Positions 30,588 through 40,400 of a DNA stretch of 64,000 nt are shown here, piece by piece. The first letter of the stretch is position 1. The number at the start of each line of letters is the position of its first letter. The stretch spans positions 342,840 through 406,839 of the forward strand of contig JAVRCJ020000002.1 of assembly GCA_034530875.2 (NCBI GenBank), read 5' to 3'. Under the pieces are notes generated by a model that was not told the origin of the DNA, did no database searches, and saw only the letters and a list, made by a program, of their open reading frames with translations. The translations under genes were made by a program, and so were the position numbers. This stretch comes from Nostoc sp. DedSLP01 (GTDB taxonomy: Bacteria; Cyanobacteriota; Cyanobacteriia; Cyanobacteriales; Nostocaceae).

Positions 30588-32340
30588 AGGTTTTCTAGAT
30601 GATGAAGGAGAAAATCAAGATGCGTATGACGATTTAATTGTTTCTATTGAAGCTAAAACCCACGGATTAAATTTACTGATTGCTGTTTGCGATGACCCCA
30701 ATTTTCGTGATGAGATTATTACCAGATACGAATCCGAAGTAGAACCTAATTTTCGCACGTATCAAACAATTTTAGCACGCTATGAACCGAGTTTAAAAGC
30801 TGCTCTCAACCAACTCGTAGAACAAGAAGAATATCTGCGCCAGCGTCAACCAGCAGTAATTACTGTAACGGGTACCGAACAATTTTATTTTCTCAGATTA
30901 GGGAACGAGCAATCAGAACAAGAGAAGTTTTTTGGTTACTTACAGTGGACAAGGGAAGGATTGCGCGATTTTCCTTTTACAATTGTGCTTTGGTTAACTA
31001 ATCAAATTTTAATCAATTTGATTAAAAAAGCTCCTGATTTTTGGAGTTGGCGCAACGGTGTATTTAGGTTTGCATCTAAAAAAACAAGTGCTATTCCTGG
31101 TAAGGAATTAGAACCTATTCGGTTTGCTTTTCGAGATACGGAGTTAGCAGGTACAGATACTAATGAAAATAACCATTTTTTCTTACCAATTCGAGATTTA
31201 GAAAAGCTAATTGATAATATCGAAGAGGAACGAGGAACTAAAGACCCCAGCTTGGCTACTTTGTATTCCAGATTGGGCGATATTTATCGCGGTAGATTAG
31301 AACGCGGTGAGTCTCAAAATTATCAAGAAGAACAAGAACTCGCAATCAAATATTGGCGTAAAGCGATTGAATTGCAAAATGAGTTAGGTTTACAATTAGA
31401 TTTAGCTGCTAATTTCAGCAATTTAGCAGGTTTATATCGTGCAACAGGACGGTACAGCGAAGCCGAACCACTATATCAACAAGCTTTGCAATTAAGAAAA
31501 CGTCTATTAGGAGAAAACAATCCGGTTTACGCTACTAGTCTGAATAATTTGGCAGGAATTTACAAATCTACTGGGCAATATAGCAAAGCAGAACTTCTCT
31601 ATCAACAAGCTTTGGAACTGAGAAAACGCTTATTGGGAGAAAATCATATTGATTTTGTGGCGAGTCTGAATAATTTGGCCTTATTATACGACGAACAAGG
31701 ACGTTATGATGAGGCAGAACCTTTGTATCTGCGATCGCTAGAAATTGCCAAAACTTTACTAGGCGAAAATCATCCTTCTTTTGCTCTGATATTAAATAAT
31801 TTAGCGCTACTTTATTACCATCAAGGACGCTACAATGAAGCGGAACCTTTGTCGCAACAAGCAATAGAATTAGACAAGCAATTTTTAGGAGAAGAAAATC
31901 CTGATGTTGCTACAGATTTACACAATTTAGGTTTAATCTACCGCGCTCAAGGACGCTACAATGAGGCGGAATCTTTGTTTTTACAATCTTTGGAACTGAA
32001 GCAGCGTGTATTACAAAAGGCGCATCCGCTTTTAGCAGATACTATCTATGCTTTGGGTTATTTGTATCGGGAACAAGGACGCTACAATGAGGCGGAACCT
32101 TTATGCAAACAAGCTTTGGAACTCGATCAGCTGTTGTTAGGAGAAAATCATCCGAATGTTGCAGAAAGTCTCAATAATTTAGCGGAAATTTATCGGACAA
32201 CGGGGCGTTATAGTGAAGCCAAATCTCTTTATTTGCAAGCTTTAGAAATTTGCGATCGCGTTTGGGGTGCGAATCATGTCCGCTGTCTGGCTGTGCGGGA
32301 GAATTTAGAAAAGGTTAGGCTGGAGATGGAGAGGAGTTAA
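30577..32340 (+). CDS. TPR protein (42-aa kinesin-light-chain-type repeats) with an N-terminal degenerate NTPase-like domain
   Basis: About 7 repeats of AxSLNNLAxLYxxQGRYxEAEPLYxQALE; N-terminal YLQWTRE..FPFTIVLWL..APDFWSWR; overlaps the ATPase by 11 nt. Confidence 0.85.
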   Translation: MLNEGFLDDEGENQDAYDDLIVSIEAKTHGLNLLIAVCDDPNFRDEIITRYESEVEPNFRTYQTILARYEPSLKAALNQLVEQEEYLRQRQPAVITVTGTEQFYFLRLGNEQSEQEKFFGYLQWTREGLRDFPFTIVLWLTNQILINLIKKAPDFWSWRNGVFRFASKKTSAIPGKELEPIRFAFRDTELAGTDTNENNHFFLPIRDLEKLIDNIEEERGTKDPSLATLYSRLGDIYRGRLERGESQNYQEEQELAIKYWRKAIELQNELGLQLDLAANFSNLAGLYRATGRYSEAEPLYQQALQLRKRLLGENNPVYATSLNNLAGIYKSTGQYSKAELLYQQALELRKRLLGENHIDFVASLNNLALLYDEQGRYDEAEPLYLRSLEIAKTLLGENHPSFALILNNLALLYYHQGRYNEAEPLSQQAIELDKQFLGEENPDVATDLHNLGLIYRAQGRYNEAESLFLQSLELKQRVLQKAHPLLADTIYALGYLYREQGRYNEAEPLCKQALELDQLLLGENHPNVAESLNNLAEIYRTTGRYSEAKSLYLQALEICDRVWGANHVRCLAVRENLEKVRLEMERS

Positions 32341-32469
32341 TACGATTTTACTTGAAAAATGATAGGCAGAGGGAGCAGAGGAAGTGATTTATAGCAGTAA
32401 TTTCGTGAATTGGTGTAAGCTGTAAGACTATTGGGTTTTCATTGTCGTTTGTATGGTTGCGCGAAGTAC

Positions 32470-32500
32470 AAAAAAAGGGATAAGCCAAAGCCTATCCCTC
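32470..32500 (-). terminator. Intrinsic terminator of ahcY
   Basis: Minus strand GAGGGATAGGC-TTTG-GCTTATCCCT followed by a T-run. Confidence 0.7.
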
Positions 32501-32625
32501 AAAAAATCAATTAATCAATGTATAGCAACAGACAAGGTGGTTAGGACATTCACAGATGAGAAAACTTCGATACAACAAGACTTTTCACCCAGTCCCCAGT
32601 CACCAGTCCCCAGTCCCTTACTATA

Positions 32626-33909
<1,284 letters not shown>

Positions 33910-34295
33910 TTACCTCAAAGATGTAAAAAAGTTACGTAAAAGCTACGCACTCTACTAGGTTATTCTACGACTGGCAATTTTTGCTTCAAAGAAAGCAAAT
34001 TATTTGTCAACAGTCCTTAGAACTAGCTTGACGTCCGATCTGTTTAATGTCAACTCAGTCGCCAGCTTTTTCTTTTTTGTTTTATCTTTGGTAAGAGTAA
34101 GGCTATTCTTAGCTTTACTTGCTCATTCTCAGTACAATGTCATCTACCTAAAGATAGTTCATGCTCAAAAAAACATCAAAATTTTATAGTCTGAAGGCAA
34201 ACACTTAACTTTAGATAGGCACATTTACTCAGATTGATTGAGGAGGATGGTTATGGAAGCAGTCAAGAGTAAATTTGATTCAAGGAGGTGTTTGA

Positions 34296-36134
34296 GTGCG
34301 CTTTCAATTTTTGGCGGTCGCGAAGGGAATTTTGTTGCCCAGTTTTGCTAAAGATTTCAAAGAGCAAAGGCAGGTATTTTCAGCAGGAACATACCTCGGC
34401 AACATCGCCAAGCCCGTACCATACTTGGAGGCTCCCAATCAAGCGTCCCACTTGTCTAAGAGGAGTGCGTTAACTAAAGGCCGCAAAACTTTTGGTGTAG
34501 TAATGGCGATCGCAACTTCAACGGCTATAACCGTTGTATCTGTGCCAAAAGCCAGCGCCCAGATTCCTTTTTTCCCGAATTTGCAAGCTCCCAGCAGTAC
34601 GAGCAATGATAGCAATGACAGAGTTGTTTCCGGTTGGGTTTATTTGGATGGTCGTCGCTTATTTCAAATTGCTGGGTCGAGAACTAGCTTTCCCGAGCGT
34701 TTAGAAGACATCCAAAAGAAACTCGAAGCAATTAGCCAATTTTACTTTCAGTCACCACCCAACACACCAATCAAGACAGAAGTTCGCAAAGTCAACGATT
34801 TACCAGTCATTTATATCAACGACCAATATTTGATGACTGTTACCTCTGAAGATGCTGGGCTGCGACAAGTTGATATGTCAACATCGGCAAATCAAATTGC
34901 TGATTCCTTAAAAGAAGATTTACAACAGGCAAGACAAGAGAGACAAACTCAATTTTTAATCGAGCAAGCTAAAATTGCTGCGGCTACCGGAGTGGCAATG
35001 ATTGTCATGAGTATGGGAGTAAATAGCTGGCAAAGGCGTTCCAAAAAAAATTCCAATCTCCTTACTACTCCCCAAGCCGAAAACGGATTCACCCCCTTAA
35101 TTTCAACAACAACTCAACCAATTACAACAGAACTAAATCAACGACAAGACCGACATATCCAAGAAGCCAAAAGACGATTGTTCCAGCTAACTCAAGCAGG
35201 AATTTGGGGAGGTGGAAGTTTCTTTATTTTGGGTCTATTTCCCTACACGCGAGGATTTCAAGTAGCGATTCTCATGGCCGCCCAATTTCCTTTGCGATTA
35301 GGTGTTGTCTTACTGGTAACTTATGTAGCTGTACGTCTCAGCTATGCCTTAATTGACCGCTTCGCCTCGACTCTAATTAACACTAGTGCTTTTATCACTC
35401 CAGAAGATTCTGCACGCCTGCAACTGCGAGTTTCCACGTTTTCTGGTGTTACTAAAAGTATTGCTACTTTTATCTGTGTAGCAGTAGGCTTTATACTGGC
35501 GCTGATATCCTTGGGTATAGATGTTGTACCTTTACTCGCGGGCGCAAGTTTGGTGGGTGTTGCCGTATCTTTAGCTTCGCAAAACTTGATTAAAGATGCG
35601 ATTAACGGTTTCTTGATTATTTTAGAAGACCAGTACGCTTTAGGCGATGTGATTAATGTGGGAAATGTCGGCGGCTTAGTAGAAAATTTAAATCTGCGGA
35701 TGACCCAGGTGCGGGATTCCGAAGGGCGCTTAATCACGATTCCCAATAGTGAAGTTAAAATTGTTGCCAATCTTTCTAGCCGTTGGTCGCGAGCCGATTT
35801 AACGATTCCTGTCGATTACCAAGCCGATACAGACGAGGCTTTGAAGTTGATTAAAACCGTTGCGGATAACATGAATCAAGACCTGCAATGGCAGTATCAA
35901 ATATTAGAACCACCGCAAGTTTTAGGCATAGATCAATTTGGCGATCGCGGTTTAATTATTCGTGTCTGGATTAAAACACAGCCCCTCAAACAGTGGGATG
36001 TCGCACGAGAGTTCCGCCGCCGCCTGAAAATCGCCCTAGACGAAGCCGGCATTACCATTTCCGTCCCTCAGCAAGCAATTTGGGTCAATGATAGCTCATT
36101 GGTGAATTTGCAAGGTAACGGAAAGGGTCATTAG
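34296..36134 (+). CDS. MscS-family mechanosensitive channel with large N-terminal extension
   Basis: LASQNLIKDAINGFLIILEDQYALGD, GLVENLNLRMTQVRD..G.LITIPNS, EFRRRLK. Start position uncertain. Confidence 0.9.
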   Translation: MRFQFLAVAKGILLPSFAKDFKEQRQVFSAGTYLGNIAKPVPYLEAPNQASHLSKRSALTKGRKTFGVVMAIATSTAITVVSVPKASAQIPFFPNLQAPSSTSNDSNDRVVSGWVYLDGRRLFQIAGSRTSFPERLEDIQKKLEAISQFYFQSPPNTPIKTEVRKVNDLPVIYINDQYLMTVTSEDAGLRQVDMSTSANQIADSLKEDLQQARQERQTQFLIEQAKIAAATGVAMIVMSMGVNSWQRRSKKNSNLLTTPQAENGFTPLISTTTQPITTELNQRQDRHIQEAKRRLFQLTQAGIWGGGSFFILGLFPYTRGFQVAILMAAQFPLRLGVVLLVTYVAVRLSYALIDRFASTLINTSAFITPEDSARLQLRVSTFSGVTKSIATFICVAVGFILALISLGIDVVPLLAGASLVGVAVSLASQNLIKDAINGFLIILEDQYALGDVINVGNVGGLVENLNLRMTQVRDSEGRLITIPNSEVKIVANLSSRWSRADLTIPVDYQADTDEALKLIKTVADNMNQDLQWQYQILEPPQVLGIDQFGDRGLIIRVWIKTQPLKQWDVAREFRRRLKIALDEAGITISVPQQAIWVNDSSLVNLQGNGKGH

Positions 36135-36142
36135 AAATGGGG

Positions 36143-36247
36143 CAGGGGGAGATGGGGAGATGGGGAGATGAGGAGATGAGGAGATGAGGAGATGAGGAGA
36201 TGGGGAGAGAATTTCACCCCACCACCCCATCACCCCACCACCCCATA
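36143..36247. repeat. Octamer tandem repeat (GGAGATGR)n with a C-rich counter-arm
   Basis: About 7 GGAGATG(A/G) units followed by CCCACCACCCCATCACCCCACCACCCCA, downstream of mscS. Confidence 0.8.
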
Positions 36248-36274
36248 TTCCTAATTACTAAATTAGTACTTTTG

Positions 36275-36365
36275 TACTATAATAGAGAGATAGCATTCAC
36301 AAAGCCTAGCCAAATGGATAACGGCTGCGTGAAAACCTTCTGGAAGATGGTTTAAAGGGTTAGTT
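36275..36365 (+). promoter_or_regulatory. Putative -10 element (TACTATAAT) and conserved 46-nt leader, copy A
   Basis: TATAAT at 36278-36283; 36320-36365 matches 39678-39723 at 35/46 positions without gaps. Confidence 0.55.
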
Positions 36366-36367
36366 CG

Positions 36368-36631
36368 ATGATGAAGCATTATATTCTCAACCTCAATCCG
36401 ACTGCGAAGCATGAATGGGATCGCTGCATTTTACGTGACCCCTTGACGGCTAAGCGTCCGGATATTGCCAAATTAATTGCTGAAGCAGTTGGTGCGGATA
36501 CAGGCAGTTATTTGGTGAGTGTAAATATCGAAGTTCAAGTGTTAGAACAAGCTGCGGTACCTCAAGCCGAACAACTCTCGCTTTCGTTTCCAGAGGTGAA
36601 TGTACCCTCACAATTACGAGAAGCGGCTTGA
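36368..36631 (+). CDS. Small hypothetical protein (87 aa)
   Basis: Clean ORF with an upstream -10 element and a downstream hairpin GTTGGGT...ACCCAAC plus T-run. Confidence 0.75.
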   Translation: MMKHYILNLNPTAKHEWDRCILRDPLTAKRPDIAKLIAEAVGADTGSYLVSVNIEVQVLEQAAVPQAEQLSLSFPEVNVPSQLREAA

Positions 36632-36839
36632 GGTTAGGTGCTGGATTTCGCAACAGATTTTGTTGGGTGGCGTTTGGCTTAACCCAACTTCAATTTTTTC
36701 TGTAGCAGGGAACAGGCAATAGGTTTGAAAATCTATTTTTGTCTGTGTTTTATTCAATACAGCATCATCGTTGGAAAATATGGATTATTCAAAAGCTCGC
36801 TCTTGAACTATGAGAAAATCCAAAATGGTATCAGTTAGG

Positions 36840-38933
36840 CTAGGCTAGCTCAAATGCACCAATATCTACTTTTTTACCAGAGATGCGACGGAAACCAATA
36901 CCCCGTTGGTCGAATGGAATTGGCTCGGTAGTATTACCATCGCTATCTAAATCTGTAGTATCGCTAGGTACGTCTTGATTTCTGCCGCTATTGATAGCAG
37001 GGCTACCAGCAACTAGGGCATGGGTTTTGACTAAACCACCGTTGTTTTTTAACTTGAGATCGATAACTTTGGCGATCGCAACTTTTAACTCTTCGCTACT
37101 ATTAAAGCCTGTACTGCCACTGCGACGTCCAATCAGGTTATAGCCGTTGCTGGCGAACTTACCTACGACATCTGGATTGATGGGGTTAGTTGCAGACTTG
37201 TTATTGCCAGCAATGATGCTGTTTTTAATCTTGGCAGTACCTTTGAGATTGTAGATGCCACCACCTTTGTTATACTTGCCTTTTTCGCGATCGTAAGCGG
37301 TATTGAGGACAATAGTACTATTGCCCACAGTTATAGTGCCATCATTGTTATAAATACCACCACCACCGTAGTATGCAGAGTTACCGCTGATGGTGCTGTT
37401 GTATAGCGTTACAGTACCATCATTGTTGTAGATGCCACCGCCAAAGCCTTCGTAGTAGTCGTAGCTGAAAGAGCCTATTGCTTTATTGCCACTAATCGTG
37501 GTGTTAATTAGCTTCAGAATCCCATCAGTATTGTAGATACCGCCACCATCAGATGTTACTTCATTGCCACTGATAATGCTAGCGATCGCTGTGAAGGTGT
37601 CACCATTGAATATACCGCCACCTCTGCCGTCAGAGAAGAAAGCTGTGCCGACATCGTTATCGCTAACAGTGCTGCTCTTTAAAGTAAAGACATTATTATT
37701 GTAGATACCGCCTCCGATATAAACTGCCTTGTTGCCGCTGATAATGCTGTTGGTAACACTCGCAGTACCATTGGTCTTCTCACCATACCCGAAGCCGTTG
37801 GCAATACCACCACCGTAGTAACCTCCATCGTTATTACTAATGGTATCGTTGCTGAGAATGAGAGTGCCATTATTGTAAATACCACCACCGGAGCTGTTGG
37901 ATTCGCCACCTGCTACGTTGTCGCTGATGGTGCTGCCGATTACTGTTGCACTGGCAACGTTATAGATACCGCCGCCATAGCTGGCATTATTACCACGGAT
38001 ATTAGCGTTCCTGACGGTTAGCGTACCTTGATTGTAAATACCGCCACCAAAATATCCAGTATTGTTACTAATGGTGCTGTTTCTGACTGTCAGGGTGCCA
38101 TCGTTGTAGATACCACCGCCACCTACTTCAAACGAGGTATCGTCTGCATTATTGTTAGTGATGGTAGTGTAGCTAACAGTTAGGATACCAGAGTTGTAAA
38201 TACCACCACCTGATGCTTGGTCTGCATGATTGCTGGTGATGCTGCTGTTATTGACATCAATAGTACCAAAGGTAGTATTGTAGATACCGCCGCCTGAACT
38301 GGGGTAGTAGTTGTTATTGTCGTAGTTAGCTACCTCATTGCCACTAATGGTACTGTAGTTCACAGTCAAGTTGCCGTCGTTGTAAATCCCAGCGCCGTCA
38401 TATATTGCATTGTTGCTACTGATGGTGCTGTTATTGACTGTTAAAGTGCCACTGTTGTAGATCCCGCCTCCCCTTTCGTTTGCATCGTTACCAATAATCT
38501 TGCTGCTATTGAGTGTGAGGTTACCAGAGTTGTAGATACCGCCGCCGTTATCGGCAGTGTTGCCAATAACATTACTGTTGCTTAAGGTGAGGACACCACT
38601 ATTGGAAATAGCACCACCGCCTCCTTCGCTACTGTAGCTATTGGTAATAGTTAGCCCGTTGATAGCAGCACTAACACCATTACGAATGTCAAAAACACGA
38701 GAAGCAGCATTTTTTATAATGCTTAGTAAGCTGGCATCTGTACCTTGAATGGTAAGATTATCTTTGATAGTCAAGCTACTACCAGTCAAATTGATGGTAT
38801 CAGCGATCGCATCATTAAACAGTCCGCCAAATTTGATAATGTCTCTTCCTGTAAGGGCATTGGCATCTGAAATTGCCTGCCGCAGCGAACCAGCACCACT
38901 GTTGTTAGTGTTAGTAACGGTAAATGTAGCCAT
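36840..38933 (-). CDS. Parallel beta-helix (polymorphic-membrane-protein GGGIYN repeat) surface protein with choice-of-anchor-Q-like C-terminus
   Basis: N-terminal VTNTNNSGAGSLRQAI; many GGGIYNxGxLTxxNSTISxN repeats; C-terminal NNGG..THALVAGSPAIN...DQRG...DIGAFE. Confidence 0.85.
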   Translation of the reverse strand: MATFTVTNTNNSGAGSLRQAISDANALTGRDIIKFGGLFNDAIADTINLTGSSLTIKDNLTIQGTDASLLSIIKNAASRVFDIRNGVSAAINGLTITNSYSSEGGGGAISNSGVLTLSNSNVIGNTADNGGGIYNSGNLTLNSSKIIGNDANERGGGIYNSGTLTVNNSTISSNNAIYDGAGIYNDGNLTVNYSTISGNEVANYDNNNYYPSSGGGIYNTTFGTIDVNNSSITSNHADQASGGGIYNSGILTVSYTTITNNNADDTSFEVGGGGIYNDGTLTVRNSTISNNTGYFGGGIYNQGTLTVRNANIRGNNASYGGGIYNVASATVIGSTISDNVAGGESNSSGGGIYNNGTLILSNDTISNNDGGYYGGGIANGFGYGEKTNGTASVTNSIISGNKAVYIGGGIYNNNVFTLKSSTVSDNDVGTAFFSDGRGGGIFNGDTFTAIASIISGNEVTSDGGGIYNTDGILKLINTTISGNKAIGSFSYDYYEGFGGGIYNNDGTVTLYNSTISGNSAYYGGGGIYNNDGTITVGNSTIVLNTAYDREKGKYNKGGGIYNLKGTAKIKNSIIAGNNKSATNPINPDVVGKFASNGYNLIGRRSGSTGFNSSEELKVAIAKVIDLKLKNNGGLVKTHALVAGSPAINSGRNQDVPSDTTDLDSDGNTTEPIPFDQRGIGFRRISGKKVDIGAFELA

Positions 38934-39633
38934 GCAAATGACTCCTGTTGTTATCAGGTTTATGAAGATTGAACTTAAGGCTAGTGCTTGTACTGCTACG
39001 AGTCTTGGTAATTTATTTTATTGCTCGGTGGTATTGAAAAATGAGTTTTTTTCAAACAGCATCAATTTTGACAGTTGCTGTAACATCCACTGTCAAGGAA
39101 AGTGAACTACGCGATCTCAGTCTCAAACTCTGACGTAAAGCTGTTTTAGGTCAGAATTGCAACTTCTGAAGTCTGCCTGTATGTCTTGGAAAAAGCGATG
39201 CCTGCGGCGAGTTATGCTAAATGTTCGGGACATGAGGTTAAGTTTTAGCAAAACCCAAAATAGAGTTAAGTTCTGCTATAACTCAAACCTAAGTATTTAG
39301 TTTTATAGCTAAGTCTACAGGGAATTAGTGTGTCGCAGGGTAAAAAAATATACAAATAAGCTTGAATTCATATAGCTTACTAGGAATAAGTATATACAAA
39401 TACAAAAATTTCTATTAAAATTTAAGGAGAGTTTATATTAACTTCATATTTGAGAAACTTTTATAAAGATAGTATAAAGTAAAGCGTCACTTCCCTTACG
39501 TAATGGTTTAGCTAGATTGCAAAATTTTCTCTGGGCTTGACAGGTGCAAAGAAATAAATTTACAGACTTTTAGCTAAATTCAAGTAAATCTGACTAGAAC
39601 AGAGCCATTATATTGGTCAAAAACCGTAAAATT

Positions 39634-39723
39634 TACTATAATAAATATATACCGTTAGTAAACTTACTTAAGTATAAAACTGCTCTGTGACAGCCTTTGG
39701 GAAAATGGATTCCAGGGTTAGTT
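39634..39723 (+). promoter_or_regulatory. Putative -10 element (TACTATAAT) and conserved 46-nt leader, copy B
   Basis: TATAAT at 39637-39642; 39678-39723 homologous to 36320-36365. Confidence 0.55.
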
Positions 39724-39768
39724 TTTTGCTTAAAGATTAAATTCTTGACCTTAGAGGAAAATTATTAG

Positions 39769-40140
39769 ATGATGCAACTGAGTCATTATCCAGCTGCGAT
39801 CGCCCAAGCTGCTCAACGGGCTAATGAAATAGACTCTCAGTTGATGGCAGTGCAGCACCAGATTAACCGATTTGAAGGGAATGCGGATCGGGTTGCCGCG
39901 TTTGAGATGGATTTGAAAAATGACGCTCAACGCAAGGCGCGTCGTTTTGAAGTGCTGCTTGTGAATCAGGAATATCAAAAGGCAATGGACACTTTCATCC
40001 GCTTAACTAGCGAAAAGGCAAATGCCATCGGCCATTTGGAATATCTGCGTAACCAGTTTAGCGTAGCAAAGTTAGAAGCTAGATTAGCGATCGCTCAACA
40101 ACTCACTGATTTTGAATCTCGTGAATTAGTCGGTTTGTAG
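39769..40140 (+). CDS. Hypothetical coiled-coil protein (123 aa)
   Basis: AGAGGA RBS, helical composition, LKNDAQRKAR motif, contains HIP1 sites. Confidence 0.8.
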   Translation: MMQLSHYPAAIAQAAQRANEIDSQLMAVQHQINRFEGNADRVAAFEMDLKNDAQRKARRFEVLLVNQEYQKAMDTFIRLTSEKANAIGHLEYLRNQFSVAKLEARLAIAQQLTDFESRELVGL

Positions 40141-40400
40141 TCACACTCATAAACCAACACCCTTGGCTTTGTGGAAATTATCTGTTGGGGAAGGCTGTTT
40201 TTAAGCAGGGGAAGAGAAAAAAATCCTTGCGTCCCCGTGTCTCTAATAAGGTTCGGATAAGCAGGGGAAGCAGGGGAGGAATAATTATCTCCCTGCTTCT
40301 CTTCTCCCCCTGGTAAAGAACAGCCTGCCTCTAACCTCACGATATTGCCAGTGTCTGCGTGTAAATTTAAACGATAAGTCTTCAACCGGATAGGATACGA

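Noticed and set aside
39060..39200. Hairpins upstream of the beta-helix gene as a c-di-GMP riboswitch
   Set aside because: Stems exist (TTGACAGT/ACTGTCAA, TCTGAC/GTCAGA) but the conserved GEMM core and GNRA/receptor pattern are not recognisable.
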